NCBI RefSeq assembly: GCF_006345805.1
Contig: NC_043008.1
Location: forward strand, 76,198,001 to 76,262,000
DNA length: 64,000 nucleotides
Source of the DNA: Octopus sinensis
Taxonomy: Eukaryota
Direction of reading: 5' to 3'
A program made the position numbers and the translations under genes. The notes under the pieces are model-generated. The model saw only the letters and a list, made by a program, of their open reading frames with translations, had not been told where the DNA came from and searched no databases. Shown here piece by piece: positions 63,661 through 64,000 of this stretch. The first letter of the stretch is position 1, and each line of letters begins with the position of its first letter.

Positions 63661-64000
63661 ACTATCAATTCTCTGTACTCATGAAATTATTTCCTCAGAT
63701 TTGCTACTACTTACCAAGTACCCACAACAGAAGAGATACACAGACGAAGTATTTGAAGGGTATGGAAATATTTACAAAATATTTCAATTAATTTTTTTCT
63801 CCAATTTTTTTTATTATTCTTATTTTACTCCTAGTTGAAAAAGTTTAAAAGAAGGAAACTGGTACTAAAATGTACTTCAAGATAAAATTACTCTAGCATT
63901 TTCTACCTTTTTTATTTTTCATATAAATATATATATATATAAATCCAAAAAATGGAACAAGAACGCCACAGACGACAATAAGACATCTGGACAGATACAC

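Overview
This is eukaryotic, AT-rich, microsatellite-dense genomic DNA. The tRNA-derived SINE families and (TA)n/(TATG)n load point to an octopus/cephalopod genome (inference from recalled repeat families, not a database hit). I can support no complete host protein-coding gene; most listed ORFs are translated microsatellites or antisense frames of transposons. The window is a transposon graveyard: a full-length decayed mariner (3467-4751, TIRs + TA TSD), other mariner/maT and Chapaev-like fragments, a Helitron with both termini (19885-23132), non-autonomous Helitrons, an RT-less Gypsy element with LTRs and a 5-bp TSD (37849-40624), RTE and CRE-like LINE fragments, several SINEs, and at least four Penelope-like element (PLE) segments. 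The most striking signal is a high density of hammerhead-ribozyme (HHR) motifs from several unrelated short repeat families. These include four copies of a type I hammerhead with an intact core, arranged +/-/-/+ at 13198-14430, and two ~340-400 bp 'monomer-plus' units whose terminal repeat starts at or near the predicted cleavage site (retrozyme/pseudo-LTR architecture). A ~495-bp tandem array with a foldback inversion occupies 56575-60372.
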